Shown here: piece by piece, positions 25,139 through 37,720 of the stretch | How the letters are laid out: the number at the start of each line of letters is the position of its first letter | How positions within the stretch are numbered: position 1 is the first letter of the stretch | NCBI GenBank assembly: GCA_013265495.1 | Contig: MU058802.1 | Location: forward strand, 128,724-167,696 | DNA from: Vicugna vicugna | Taxonomy: Eukaryota | Length of the DNA: 38,973 nucleotides | Direction of reading: 5' to 3' | Notes under the pieces: model-generated | Database searches by the model: none | Told to the model about the DNA's origin: nothing | What the model saw: only the letters and a program-made list of their open reading frames with translations | Translations under genes and position numbers: made by a program

Positions 25139-25214
25139 AAAGAATAATATCAATCTTAAAATAAAATCAAATAGAAATCAAATAAAAGACAGAAATGCAC
25201 ACATCCTTAATGGA

Positions 25215-25595
25215 AGTATAATCATTAAATGAAATAATACTAAGCAATAAAAAGGAACCACTTACTGATGCAAATAACAAGAGATGGATCGCAACAATAT
25301 TATGCTGAGTGAAAGAAGCTAGAAACCGGAGTGCATACTGTAAGATTCCATCTATAAGGCACTCTAGAACACGCAGAGTACATCTAGAGTGATAAAAAGC
25401 AGACCACAGGTTGTGGGGGCCGGGATGGAAGTGAGGTTTGTTGGAAGGGCATAAGGAAATATGCTGATGTGGTAGAAATATTTCGTATCTTGATTGTTGG
25501 TGTGGTTACATGGGTGGATACATATTTTCAACTCATCAAACTGTGCAACTTAAATATATAGGAGATAGTTTATAATATTATACATAGAAATTGAT
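25215..25595 (+). mobile_element. L1ME-like 3' end
   Basis: attatgctgagtgaaagaagc, tatcttgattgttggtgtggttacatgggtg and aactcatcaaactgtgc. Confidence 0.8.
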
Positions 25596-25604
25596 ACATT
25601 TTTG

Positions 25605-26300
25605 TTATTCCACCCTCCAGACTCCTTTCCATATAGCAAAAAAAATAGTATCTCTTTCAAACAATAAATTAGGCTCAATTCATGCTTTAAAAACTTTCAG
25701 TGCTTTGTCTGAACACCTTCAAAAATAATGATATTTTCCTCAGCTCTCCGCATGCCTGCCACACTCAAGTAATAGACATGATTTCATTTATTTGAAATGG
25801 GTGACATCCCCTCAGCCTAAATCTTCCTTTCTAGGAAAAAGTGCTTTAAAAACAAATCATTTCTCCTTTTTTTTTTTTTGTCCCTTCCATGCATATATCA
25901 TAGGTTGTATTTACATCTTCCTTTAATTAATCATACACCTCGGTATATTTCACAGTAAGCTGAGTGAGTTAAATAACTGTTTCTGCATTTTTCCTATCAG
26001 TATATATTCAGTGTTTAACACATTGCCAGCCATATACTCTTTAAAATATATTTGTTGATTCAATCAATAAAAAGATGAAGTGAAACATATTATTTTAATT
26101 ATTCCCAACTCTGCTTGGTTTTATTGGGGTTTTTTGCTTTTGTTGTTTTGCCCTCATCTTATTTATAATTCATCCGTGCAAAGTAATAAGCATCTTTAGG
26201 TCAGAGGCTATGTCATAAGTCTTTACCACTATGTAACCAGGACCAGACACCTAGACAGACAATGAATATTAAAACATAAGGAGATGAAGGGATGAATATA
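25605..26300 (+). mobile_element. LINE-2 3' end fragments
   Basis: gctttaaaaactttcagtg, cagtgtttaacacattgcc...atatttgttgattcaat; second tail-like piece around 26170-26300. Confidence 0.55.
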
Positions 26301-27379
26301 AACTGTAAGCCAAAATGTGAATTTAAAAGTCATAATTAGGCTTCTTCTTCTTTAACTTTGCTTAATTTGTTTTTCAAATTCCTCTCTCCAATATGGAATT
26401 AATTAAAATACATGCAAAACAAAAACATTTGCAATTGTACTCTTAAATAGCTTACGTTTTAAAGTAAACAAAAATGGCTATAAATGTAAGCAATTTTTAT
26501 CATCTGTGGGTATAATATACAAAATATTATGGAGTATCAATTTAAAATAAAACATTATCAATCTGCTGATTCATATTGATATGAAACCGTTTTGTTGTTC
26601 AGTGAACCTTGATTAGAAATTAATTATTAATCTCAAGTGATTTATAACTGACAGAATAATAGAATTGGAAAATTATAAAATTAACCTAATTGTTTTACAG
26701 AACATGAGTATCATTGCAAGGCCTTAAATACCAGGGTAAGTAAAATGTCTCCCAGTATCACAAGAATATAACTTTTTAGAAATATTTTCTAAATTTTTAA
26801 GAAGTGAATTAAAAAAAATCAACCTAAATTTTAATCTGATATGTTTTATCATGCTGATAAGGATTCTTTACTTAGTTGCATTAAAGCAGTTTATACATTT
26901 TCTATGTTACAATTATATGGTCAAGTGTCCACGATACCTTGTTTATTTGGACACTGATTTTATTAACATCCATCTTCAAGTGTAATGTATTCATGCATTC
27001 AGTACCAGTGATACACCCTGAGGAATTTGAGAGATTTACAACAATGATAATGACTATAGTGTTCTTTTTACAAGGAAATGTCATACCATAAGTGTGTCAT
27101 TTAGAATTCTACATTGAATAAGGTCATCACTGAAAGAGAATTTTTATTTTCTTTTTTTAGAAAATAACCTCATAAACATCTTCAAATTTCTATGTTCTGA
27201 TATAAAAGCACTTCTTATTAAAATATGAACTTTTAGTAGGTCACTCTTAAGTAGTCTTGCAAAGTAAGGGCAATGGACACTATGACCATAAGAGGCCAAC
27301 GCATTCCCAGGAGGAAACAATCATAATAGGACAAAAATTTCAATCAGGAAAGGCTTTTAGAGTGTGCATATACGATGGT

Positions 27380-27720
27380 ATCAATTTATTACTTTAAAAC
27401 TGTTGAGTCCTTATTATGATCCAGGCATGATTTTATATGCAGAAAAAAATTAAAGCCAATAAATAAATACATACATAAATAAATAGATTCTATTTGAATA
27501 AGTGATACAAAATTTGAGAAGTAGAGTGTTCTCTGAGAGCATATCTAAGGTAGCTTTAGATTAGGAAGAATGTAGCAAATTTGTAAGGAAAGCCTTCCAC
27601 TGGAAAGTACCATGTAACCTGTATACTTCATGATTCATATAATTTACATAAGCGGCAATGAGGGATGGGATGGGTGCCATTGTGTTTGAAAGTCCTGAAG
27701 GGCACCTAAAAAAGTCACAG
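27380..27720 (-). mobile_element. Degenerate LINE-2 3' fragment containing (AAAT)n
   Basis: tgttgagtccttattatgatccaggca and aaggaaagccttcc. Confidence 0.4.
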
Positions 27721-27929
27721 TATTGGAACTACCAGATCTCCTAGATTTAAATTTAATAAATGAACTGTTTCAGCTTTCTAACTTTAGGCATGTTGTATGT
27801 ACACTTTTATTAATGATCACTTATGTCAATACAGTGCAAGTTTGAAATGGTGATACCTGAACTCTGTTGTTCTGAACTCCCAGTTCAAAAGCTTTAATAT
27901 ATACAATTATTAAACTCACCTACTGGATG

Positions 27930-28068
27930 ATTTTTAAAATATAATTCTAAGGTCTAATTTGTATATAATAAAATGCATCCATTTTAAGAGCAATCATTTA
28001 TAATTATTGAGAAGTATACATTTTCAGGTAACCACTACTCCATTCATGCTACACAAATATCAATTATC
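27930..28068 (-). mobile_element. Old L1 (L1MB/ME-like) 3' terminal fragment
   Basis: tataataaaatgcatccattttaag...gtaaccactac. Confidence 0.6.
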
Positions 28069-28114
28069 AGGGAGGCTTCTGACTGTTCTGTGATTTTATA
28101 TGAGTAAGTTCATG

Positions 28115-28735
28115 TGTTATGGAATGAGACTCTGGGTCACCTGAAGCACAGCAAAGCCAGTCTACCTGGTTGTGGTGAAGAAAGAACAGTGTTTATTTCG
28201 GGGCATCATGCAAGGAGAAAGGGCAGCTAGTGCTCAAAAGACCAGAAGTCCCCACAGGCTTTTAGGAAATGGTTTTTAAAGGCAACAGTAGTGGTGAGGG
28301 TTGCAGGGTGACTGATTAGCTCCTGGACATTATTTTGATTGGTTAGCGGTGAGGTAGCAGGGTGGTATTTGGGGAATCGCAATGATAATTTTCTGGTTCC
28401 AAACAGTGTGGGATCTAGTGCTTGTGGTCAACATGCTTCCTCTTCCTGGTGGGGGTTTTAGTATCTACAAAACAACTCAAGGATTTGGCACAGGGAATTA
28501 TCGATAGCCCTTGAGAAGGAACTAAGTGTCCATCACTTTGTTTTATGGCTAAACTATTAGTTTATCTTGCCTGACTACTTTCCTTTGTTTCTGCATTTTC
28601 TCAATTCTCTGATTAAATCTCCTCTTTGGAGTTCTGGGAACGCCTAGGAGGTAAAGCTTTCTACAAACAAGAGACTGGGGGAAATAGGGATGGTCTATTC
28701 CTGGGGTAGGCCCCACAGGGTTCTGCTCAGTTTCA
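28115..28735 (-). mobile_element. Solo LTR, ERV1 class (621 bp), with perfect 4-bp TSD
   Basis: TG...CA termini; CATG at 28111-28114 and 28736-28739; on the minus strand CCAAT (~28340), TATA-like TTTAAAAA (~28275) and AATAAA (~28195) occur in LTR order. Confidence 0.88.
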
Positions 28736-28739
28736 CATG

Positions 28740-29214
28740 GGACGGAATTCTCCATGGGGCTCTTACATTTCCTCATATCATGCAAGCCAGGCACTGACTA
28801 CCTTATGTTCCAGATTAAATTTTTCAAGATGTTTATACAGCAAATACCTTGGAAGAAAAAGAGTATCTCCCCCCAGAGTAAATAACAAGCACGTTTACTG
28901 TCCAGTATAATAAAGGTGATGCGTCCCATCGGGGAAAGAACAGACGTGTGTATTGCCCATTACAGACGACTCAAGTTCCCTAAGCTCAGGCTCCCTCCCT
29001 GTAATACAACTGAGTGTCATCTGACCCACCCGTCATACCCCCCTGGGAACCTGGTCTCAGGAAATGCCAGGCCAAACACTGATACTCTGCCTCCTGCTAT
29101 GTGAGTGTGGTGAACAGCAAGCTGAACTTCACCTCCAACCCTGAAGACTTCTTTCTTCTAGTGTCCATTAGAACACAAGGAAGTGAAATCTCCAACCCCT
29201 GACAGTCTGTGACA
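28740..29214 (+). mobile_element. ERVL-class LTR (MER76-like, from memory)
   Basis: gaattctccatgggg, ggcactgact, ccttggaaga and gttccctaagctcagg; ends tgaca, followed by a PBS-like tggtgac..gatggg. Confidence 0.65.
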
Positions 29215-30010
29215 GTTTTGGTGACAATGATGGGGTGCTGAAAGAAACATGGCTTTCTGGAAAAGCAAGTCTGAGGGCCTTACAGACTAATTACCTGTAT
29301 TTGAAAGAAGGCCACGGAAATAGGTAGTGAACATGTTGATCAGATTCTATGCTCAACCAGGCAATGACTTGTCCTTGAATTTATTGTCTTCTAATGAGGA
29401 GGAACTGGGAAGATGGATATGGCAAATTATGGGAAAGAAGGTTCAACACAGATGTTGCCAAAATATAACTCTGCATGTGCTAACTGTCTCTGGGATTGGA
29501 GATCTTTATGAATCATCTGGCGATTGGTCTCAGGTCCCCCTAATTTACCAAAGAGGACAAAGATTTATTTTAGGTGGGAATAACTTCCTGACTCATTTTC
29601 AGATCAAATTACAGACACACATTGAACTGTATACAAAAGGAGGAAAGTTCATGACTGCTATGGGCAGAAACTAGACCAATTATTAGAACTTTAGATGGTT
29701 TGTTTGGGGATGGAGTGTGTAGTATGTGTTTAAGAAAAATGCAATGGGAAAGTGTAATTGCTGAATCTCCCTTATAGTCTGTCACATCTACAGTGTGTCA
29801 GCTGAAAGGAAAGAGCAAAAATCTCACAGGGATTTGTTTTCTTTTTTCCCTTGGACGTTCTTCCACGCATTTTTTGTTGTTTATTTCTTTTCTTCTCCAG
29901 TGGGACCTAGTAGATACAAGGACATTGTTGTCTTCTCTGAGAGATTTCGCTGAGACAAATTCTTACGGGGAAGTAGAGATGAGACATTGACTAGTAACTG
30001 CTTTTATTGC
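29215..30010 (+). mobile_element. ERVL-class internal region remnant following the LTR
   Basis: PBS-like tggtgacaatgatggg at 29219 directly after the LTR; purine-rich decayed leader or gag-like sequence; 3' boundary uncertain. Confidence 0.45.
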
Positions 30011-32324
30011 CCCAAATTGGGTTTACTATGCTGATTAAATTGACTACTGATTAATGAGAAACACAAAGAAATGTAGACAAAATCTTACAGTCAGTCCTTC
30101 TCCACCCTATAACACATCCCAGTCGTTATTTTGTCCTAAGGGAAGGGCTTAAGACACATATTTTGGGAATGGGACTGCAAAAGCCCAGGATTTAGCACTT
30201 CTAAAATGTCTTATATTAATGTATGTAAAAGGGAGAACTAATATTAAAGGAATTCTAAAAATGATTTGTTGTCATATTAATTTTAATTAGGGAAAAGAGG
30301 TAAGTAAAAATCCACTTGCAAAATATCCATTCCAGCTCTCACTTTTTTCTGAAGTGTTTTTTAAACTATAAAATTACAATACAAATTAAAATTTCTTTTC
30401 AAAGCATCCATCTTCACTTTGTATTGCCTTTCATCTGAGGATCTGAGAGCATTTCACATCTTTCCATGGCTTGCCAGAGGCTCACAGCGAGTCCAGTGTC
30501 ACTAGCTTCTGTGCCACAGTCTGCCCCTTTTGAGTGAACACCCACAGCTTTACTACTGTGGGGCAAAATTCTTGACCTGTTATTCTAAAAACAAAGCATT
30601 CATTTGCTCAGCAGTGACTATCCAGCAGTTTTTACTGTCCCAGCTGGTTAGGAATAGATTGAAAGAAAAAAAAATTACCTTTGTAACCTGATTTCTAAAA
30701 CTTTTGGTAATTAAACACACTTTTAAATGGAATATTGTGATCATTTTCTTTCTAGAGAGCACTTACTATTTTCTGATAGTAGGTCCTTTTTCATAATCAT
30801 TTTTATTTAAATTGGTATTTTTGATACAATCTTGAAATATTCTTGGAGCCACTCTTGACTGCTCTTTGGCCTTAGATGTTTATTAAGACCGTTTCATCCT
30901 CTCTACAGATAAAATTCATGCAGTGGGACAGGAAAAAGAATAAGATTCAACTTTTCTCTCACTTCTTCAGTTGTACCTCCAAGAAAGCACAGAGACGTCT
31001 TCACTCTTATTTGTCTGATTGCTCTATATGTGATTGCTCTATCTTTCTGTATTCATAATTTAACGTTTTTTTAAGTCTAGCTAGGAAACATAGCAATTAA
31101 AACTCTTGGCATACATTAAGTACCTGACTCAAGTTACTTCTTGTTACTCATGCTATACAGATAATATGATGTGATGTGCTATGATATAATGTATTAGGAA
31201 TACACTTATGAATGAGATAGGCTTCCTATTCATAAGTAGTTAATGTCATGATGGGATAATGTTCTGACATGTATAACCATTATCCAGAAAAAAATGTTTG
31301 TCTTTTACAAGAATAGGAAAAAATAGTTAATAGTAGTGATAGTGAATATATAATCCAAATCATAAAAATAATAGCATGTGTTAGGAGCCATGCCACTACT
31401 TAGCATGAATTTGCTTATTAATTCTACACATGATAAAGGAATTTAATTAGAAATTACAATTGTGGATTTCTTTTATTTCTGTATTAAGAACCAGAGTAAT
31501 CCAGTAAAGCTGGGTCTTAATGTGGCCTAATTTGTAAAACTGGATATCCATAATTCTTGCTCTAACAAACTCAGACAATTTTCATGAGAAATGAGTGATT
31601 TTATGTGCAAGTGTTTGACATACTGCAAGGTAATATAAAAATTGAAGAGCACCAGCAGAGTTATTAAAAAGAATTCACAAAATTCTCTGTTACATGTAAA
31701 TATGAAACAGTCACAAAAGGAGGGGGTGAGTAGGAACAGATCACATGTTAAGGTTATGCAATGGAAAATTCTCCAAAAACGTTGACACATATACTAGACT
31801 TTGTTAAATTTGACATGAAAGTGGTTATGAAAATATTTCGTGCTTAAGTGTAAGGAAAGTCACATTGTAAATCATGTAAAAAAGAGAATGAACTGAGAGA
31901 GTCAAAAGCCGAAACAGACAGGCATCAGAGAGAAGCTGAAGAGAAACCAAGGGTGGAGGCTTAGTCATTTAAGTGGCTAGTGTGAGACAGGTTCGTCAGG
32001 TCCTACTGGGAGCCCCAGGCTTTGGGGAGCAGGTGACAGATCTCAGGATGAGAGCTTGGAGCCCAGCTGGTTGGGTGGAAGGCGGCTTGGGGACAGCTTA
32101 CACAGTCACTGTGTCCCAGATACCAGCCTCAGACATAGTCGTCAGCAATTGCCTTATAAACTAGACCAATTCCATATCATGAGGTCCTAGACTACTGTTA
32201 AAAAGAACCTTCTTTAAAAGAACAAAAAACCTAAACTAAAATAGCTAAAATCTGTAATACCTAATATAAAAAGAGCATATATGTATGTGCACCCCCGACA
32301 TTTAGTATGTTCCAGAAAATATGT

Positions 32325-32535
32325 TTCATTTAGATTGTCTCATTAAATCCTACATTAAAGAGGTAACTGTTATTTTTACTTTTACTTTAGAAATGGGGGA
32401 ATTAAAAATAAAAAAAAAAACTTTGAGTAACATGGCCAAGTTCAGGCAGCTAGTAAAAAGTTAAAACCAGAGTTTAAAACCAGGCAGTTTGATTCCAGAA
32501 ACAGGGTTCTTGAGAGACATGACACATTGCTTCCT
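32325..32535 (-). mobile_element. MIR SINE
   Basis: tcattaaatcctac...gagtaacatggccaagttcaggcagctagtaa...aaaccaggcagtttgattccaga. Confidence 0.8.
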
Positions 32536-34064
32536 TTAACAGAGACTGCTTTTACTAACCTCTGAATACTGCTTACTTATATGCTCATATTAGGATGCTG
32601 GGCTATTTATCGGGCTGCCTCACCCAGTGGGATTACACACACACTCACATGTGTGGGCATACAATGGCAGTAAGATAAACCTCAAGTAGCTGCAACAAGA
32701 AAATTGTTTAATACTGATGGGAATTATATTATCTGAATTAATTTATATGATGGGGACTAGAATTCAAGAGTGTTTTGCCTGCACCTAACTGAAAGTTATT
32801 CTTTTCCACAAAATATTAGTGTTACAGAATTCTTGACACTCAACAGAAATCCCAGTGGCATCTTTCAGGTATGGTACGGGAATGAATTAAACACAAATAC
32901 ATTTCTTTGATTCCAACCTTTGACTTAACTATAAAGCAAGTATAACTACAACAAAAAGGCAACGACTCAAAGAAATTTTTAATGAAGCAACTCTGGATTC
33001 AATAATTGCTATTTAGGCTTTGGTGAAATGGGGAAAATTTTCCAATTTTCTAGGGACATTAGTTTATAGTATCTGATGCAAGGAAAGTGGGACGTGAATT
33101 GTACTAGGGAAGACAATTTTTCTTTAACGTGTGAATTAGGGTAGCACCAAATCTGTAAGTTTGAGATTCAAATATAATGAAATAGAGCATTTCTGTTGTA
33201 TAACTGTCTGTCCTTCATATATTCTTGTCAACACTCCGGATTTCTCTCAATTTTTTGAAATGCTACTGTTTCCTCTGTTTCCCTCTCCATTTAGTCTCTG
33301 ACTTTATCCTATGCCCTGTCAGAGTGCTGTGAAATGGGAACCTGGGATGTAATGCAGGCTGCCTCTCTTAAATTCTTTACTCTATCTTTATCCCTATCTG
33401 TTCCCAGAAAGAAGACTCAGAGCTACCTATCTAAAAAAAATCTCATACTGCGGATTTATGTTGTGGACAAATGGAATATTACAGTTGACATTAAAGCTCT
33501 TTCTATAAATGTACTTAGCTGTGGCTGACATAAATATAAGGTGGTTTACTAAATAAGCACATTTCTCACTCAGCATCTATGAACTCAGAGAAAAACTGAA
33601 GGCCCTGAATATTTATTCCATATGGGAACACCTAACTTCTTTCCCTTGAAGATAATAAAGCTGCATCTCTTTGATACAAACTTTCCCCTCCTTCCATATT
33701 ATGGTGTTTGCTTTAGTGAAGGTAACTTACCAAAGAGTGACCTGTCCTTCTGCAAAATATCATTCTTACAAATGATAAATGATCTAGTTAAATTAAAGTA
33801 AGGTCAGAATGCTTTTTATATGTATTGTGAAAACTAATTCTGAAGTATTTGAAACCTTGAAGGTATACTTAACACATTTCTAAGTATGACTATTTACATG
33901 TAAATCTACAAATATAAAAAATAATTTTAGAGCAATAAGTTATGAAATGTATTACTAGAGAGCAAAGTTATTTCTATAGCAGTGGAAAATGATTACAACT
34001 AAATTTGCTACCAAATGCTAAATGAATTTCCTTTTAGTTGTCTCTAAACATGCTGTATGTAAGT

Positions 34065-34190
34065 AATGTGTATATACATACATATATATTAATCACAGAT
34101 ATACATTATTCATACATAATAACTACTCTTGCATATGTATTATTCATATGCACAAATACCCATATATATATATGCACACATGTATATGTA
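34065..34190. repeat. (TA)/(CA)-rich low-complexity tract
   Basis: tgtgtatatacatacatatatatt...catatatatatatgcacacatgtatatg. Confidence 0.7.
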
Positions 34191-35059
34191 AAGTAACTTA
34201 GACCTCTCTCATTGGCTAGACTGTCTTAGATTTGAGCACTAGGTGATTTCTAGTATGAGGAAAATGAATGATATCTCATCCCTTGACAAACACATTGTGA
34301 TAATAACTAAATGCTTAGGAATTTAAAAAATAATAAAATTGTTTATTTTTATTATTTTTGTCTTAGTTCTATAATAGTAAATTGAGAAATACGCATCTAG
34401 TAGCTTTTCAGTTAGACCTAAATCTTGATCCATCATTAATTTAAAAGGAAATATGTTAGCATTCCTAGGGAATGGTCTTTTATTTTTCTGAAAAGGTGGG
34501 AATTGTTCTTTATTTTTTCTTAAAAACGTCTAGGATTATGTCCCTCAAAACAACTTCAAAAGCAGTGAGCTACTCTATAATTTCATTTTATTTTTAAAGT
34601 TGTTTTGACCAGCTAATTATTATTATTATTTTATTATGTAACTTAAAATAAAATTACCCTATTAATTTGGAAAACTATCAGTTTTATCTTCTCCATCATT
34701 GTTCCTATCCCCCATTGTTTCCCTAGACTAAATGTGTATGTTCAGATATGCAGCAGTACCAGAAAATATGACTTGGATGAGAAGTCACAAATATTATTAG
34801 TAAAGGGATGAATTAATCATTTCCTCAAAGAGCATTTAAGTCCTTAAAGAGGCAAAAGTGTTTATTTGAACACATTAGCTTCATTTATTATATTTTATAC
34901 AATTTATATAAACATTATAATGTATATAATTTACTATAAACTCATTTAACATAATTTACTTATATTTTTTAAATAAAGATAAAGAAGTACTTAGAAAAAG
35001 AAAGAAAACTATATGGTTAAGATTTAAATTTTGCTCAAGGTCTGGCCAGAATACTTGAC

Positions 35060-36380
35060 AGCTTCAGTGACTGCTACAAAATATCCTTTATCATATAAAA
35101 ATCATTGAGTTTACATAATTAATAATCTGATCCTGGAGAGTCTGGTCTTGTGTGTTACTGAATTAGACTAGTGTATTCAAAGCCTCACAAAATTGGTAAG
35201 TGGAATTTGGAACATTAATTGAGGACATTTGGAATCCCTAAAGCTGGAATGGAAAAATTTATGAAAATTCAGGTGGTTTTGATTACCAGAACTCCCCTAA
35301 CACTATTCAGAGTCACTTGGGAACTAAAGTAACTCTTCCTTTCTCTCTTATGACACTGTTTCTGTCTTGCTTATAGAATCATTAACTATCTCACCTAAGA
35401 TACTTAACTCCTCCTTTACAATCTCACCAACATCATTCCTGCAGACCCATTAGAAATAGAAATTGAATTAGATCTCAGCCTAACACAGAGTACTAATCAC
35501 CACGTAAAACTTCAAACTTAAAGGCTTTATGCTACAAAAACTTCAATATTTTCATAATTTCCATTAACAAAACTTGATCAGAGAAATGAATTTAGATCAT
35601 TCACAATTTATAAATACGTGTATACTTACTTACACTCTTGTTTTCAAGATTCTAGCTTAAGCAGAATTGCAGCCAAATCTTTGCTACCAGGAAAGAAACA
35701 CCAAATCCCTGGAGAAACTGCCAATATTGGCATCACTGTTGAAAACATAAAGGATTCTGAAGTGGCATTTTCTATTCCTTACCCAGTTACTTTGGCCCAC
35801 TTTGGCTTCTTCTGATATCAGGCAGTCTCTAGATTCTGGCAATGTGTTATTATAATCTTAATCAGATGGTGTATTCAATATAGTAGCAGCCATTCCAGTT
35901 ATATTTTCTTTGCTGGAAAAAATCAGAACAGTCCCCTAGACTCTCTTACAGCTATAGAGTGCCAAATGCTTTTTCAGCTAACAATAAAAATAAGTAATTT
36001 TACCTAGTAGTGTAAGAATATACCTTAATTGTTTTGTCTCAGCGCCACAACAACTCTTCTGATAGGTGTTATAATTTATTCACAGGGACTAGGAGAATTT
36101 ATGCTGGTCCACTAAGTGATAAAATGATGTTTGTAGAACCAGCTTTACAGGAAGCTAGGATAAACTACACAGGATGCCTCTGTAAAACATCTTTGTCCTA
36201 GAAGGTGGGATATACACTTCCATAACCTACCTCTATGGAGAGTCTAGCTGTCTAGAATATATCAGGTTGCCTTCTCAAAAGGTAAATCAACTTAAATATA
36301 CCTTGTGCCCCCAAGACTAAGAAAGTGCTTAAAGGTCTCTGAGCTTTGTTGGCAACATAGCAACGTTCAATTTTGTGGTT
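35060..36380 (+). mobile_element. ERVL internal gag-pol fossil (reverse transcriptase remnant ~35690-36140)
   Basis: KHQIPGETANIGITVENIKDSEV resembles ERVL QYRIPGGIAEISATIKDLKDAGV; then cttaatcagatggtg (LNQ), gcagccattcca (AAIP), gccaaatgctttttc (ANAF) and ctggtccac (LVH) before a decayed YIDD; many stops and frameshifts. Confidence 0.8.
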
Positions 36381-37149
36381 CCCTGCTGTGTCTCACTTAT
36401 TCTTTACCATGGGCTAGTTGGTAAAGATTGTCATTTAGTTCACAGAACCCAGTTTAAATTGTGACTTTTCATAGATGAAATATAGGCATTGCCTAATGAT
36501 GGATATGGTAACTGATAGAACGAATTTTCACTCTTAAGGAGTTAACATACTTATTACTCCTTGAAGGAACAAAATTATAAATTATGTGGGAGCATATTGG
36601 TTGATATGTCTGTGGTGGAAAACTGTAAGTAGGAAGAAGCCTGTATACGGTGGGTTCAGAGGAAAATGTTTGGTTTATTGTCAATTACTGAATATTTGCT
36701 CATTAGTATTCATTTCAACTAACTATATTCAATAAAACTCTTGTATCTTGAATTCACATGACATAGGTTTTGCTAAGCAGAAAAACAAGAGAAAGATAAG
36801 AAGGATGGGAGTAAGCAATATGAATTGGTTGCCACTCATATGGGGAGATTGTTTCTTGTAAAAGTGGTGTTTGGTGATCTTGAGTCACTTAGGGTAAATG
36901 AACTACTATCCAGTCCCTAGTATCATGACAGAGAGAAGGAGGTACCAGTAGAAATGCCTTGTGCTGCAGGGGGCAGTGGGCTAGTTGAATTGCTGCTGCT
37001 GAATTGTTACTGGGTAAGAAGCACACAATTTGGTTTTCCTGCTCTCCCTGAAATTCCAACAACGGCATGATATAGTACATTAAGTTCACTACAGCTCAAA
37101 TTAAGTGACAAGAGTTTCCTGTTACTGAAATTTCTGATTACTACATTCA

Positions 37150-37710
37150 CAAGTAGCCCATATTCCAGAAATGCAAGGATGGATTATGGTACAGGTTGCG
37201 AGGTAGTATTTGATTTAAGCAGATAGAGGAAAAGCAAGCAAAGCAGTATTAGTTAATTAATAGTTACCATTAATTAATTAATTAATTCCATCCAAAATAC
37301 AAAAATTAAAAATAAGAGTAAATTCTACATTTGTCTAAAATGTATACACTAGATATCTATGCAAATATAAATTGGAGATTAAATGCCAAGATTATCATTA
37401 GAGTCAAAAAAAAGACAAAAAGGCTTACAATCACAACTTATATTCAACTTCTTTGGAAGTCCCATTCATTGCAATAAGATCACTAAAAAGATGTAAATAT
37501 ACTAATATTAAAAAACCACAATCTTACAACATTTGTAGTTTTTCTATCTCAAATATCCAGGAAGCTCAACTAGAGCAATAATAAAACTAGTAATAACGTC
37601 TGAGAAATTGGCTAGATAAGGGATAAACACAACAGAAGCAACCACTTTCCTTTCCTTTTATACCAATAATAATAGAAACAAAAGGAGAAATACATCATAA
37701 TCACAATACT
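37150..37710 (+). mobile_element. Very old L1 ORF2 (RT region) fragment
   Basis: attccagaaatgcaaggatgg (IP.MQGW), tattcaac...ggaagtcc...tgcaataaga and tataccaataat. Confidence 0.7.
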
Positions 37711-37720
37711 CCTTAATAAT

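Noticed and set aside
29327..29674. 115-aa ORF as a domesticated gag
   Set aside because: GTG start, short, no recognisable capsid or zinc-knuckle motif, inside decayed ERV sequence
35618..35815. RT-like ORF as a functional reverse transcriptase
   Set aside because: Multiple stops and frameshifts; the YxDD motif is destroyed
37248..37288. (TAAT)n palindromic tract
   Set aside because: Simple slippage repeat inside an old L1
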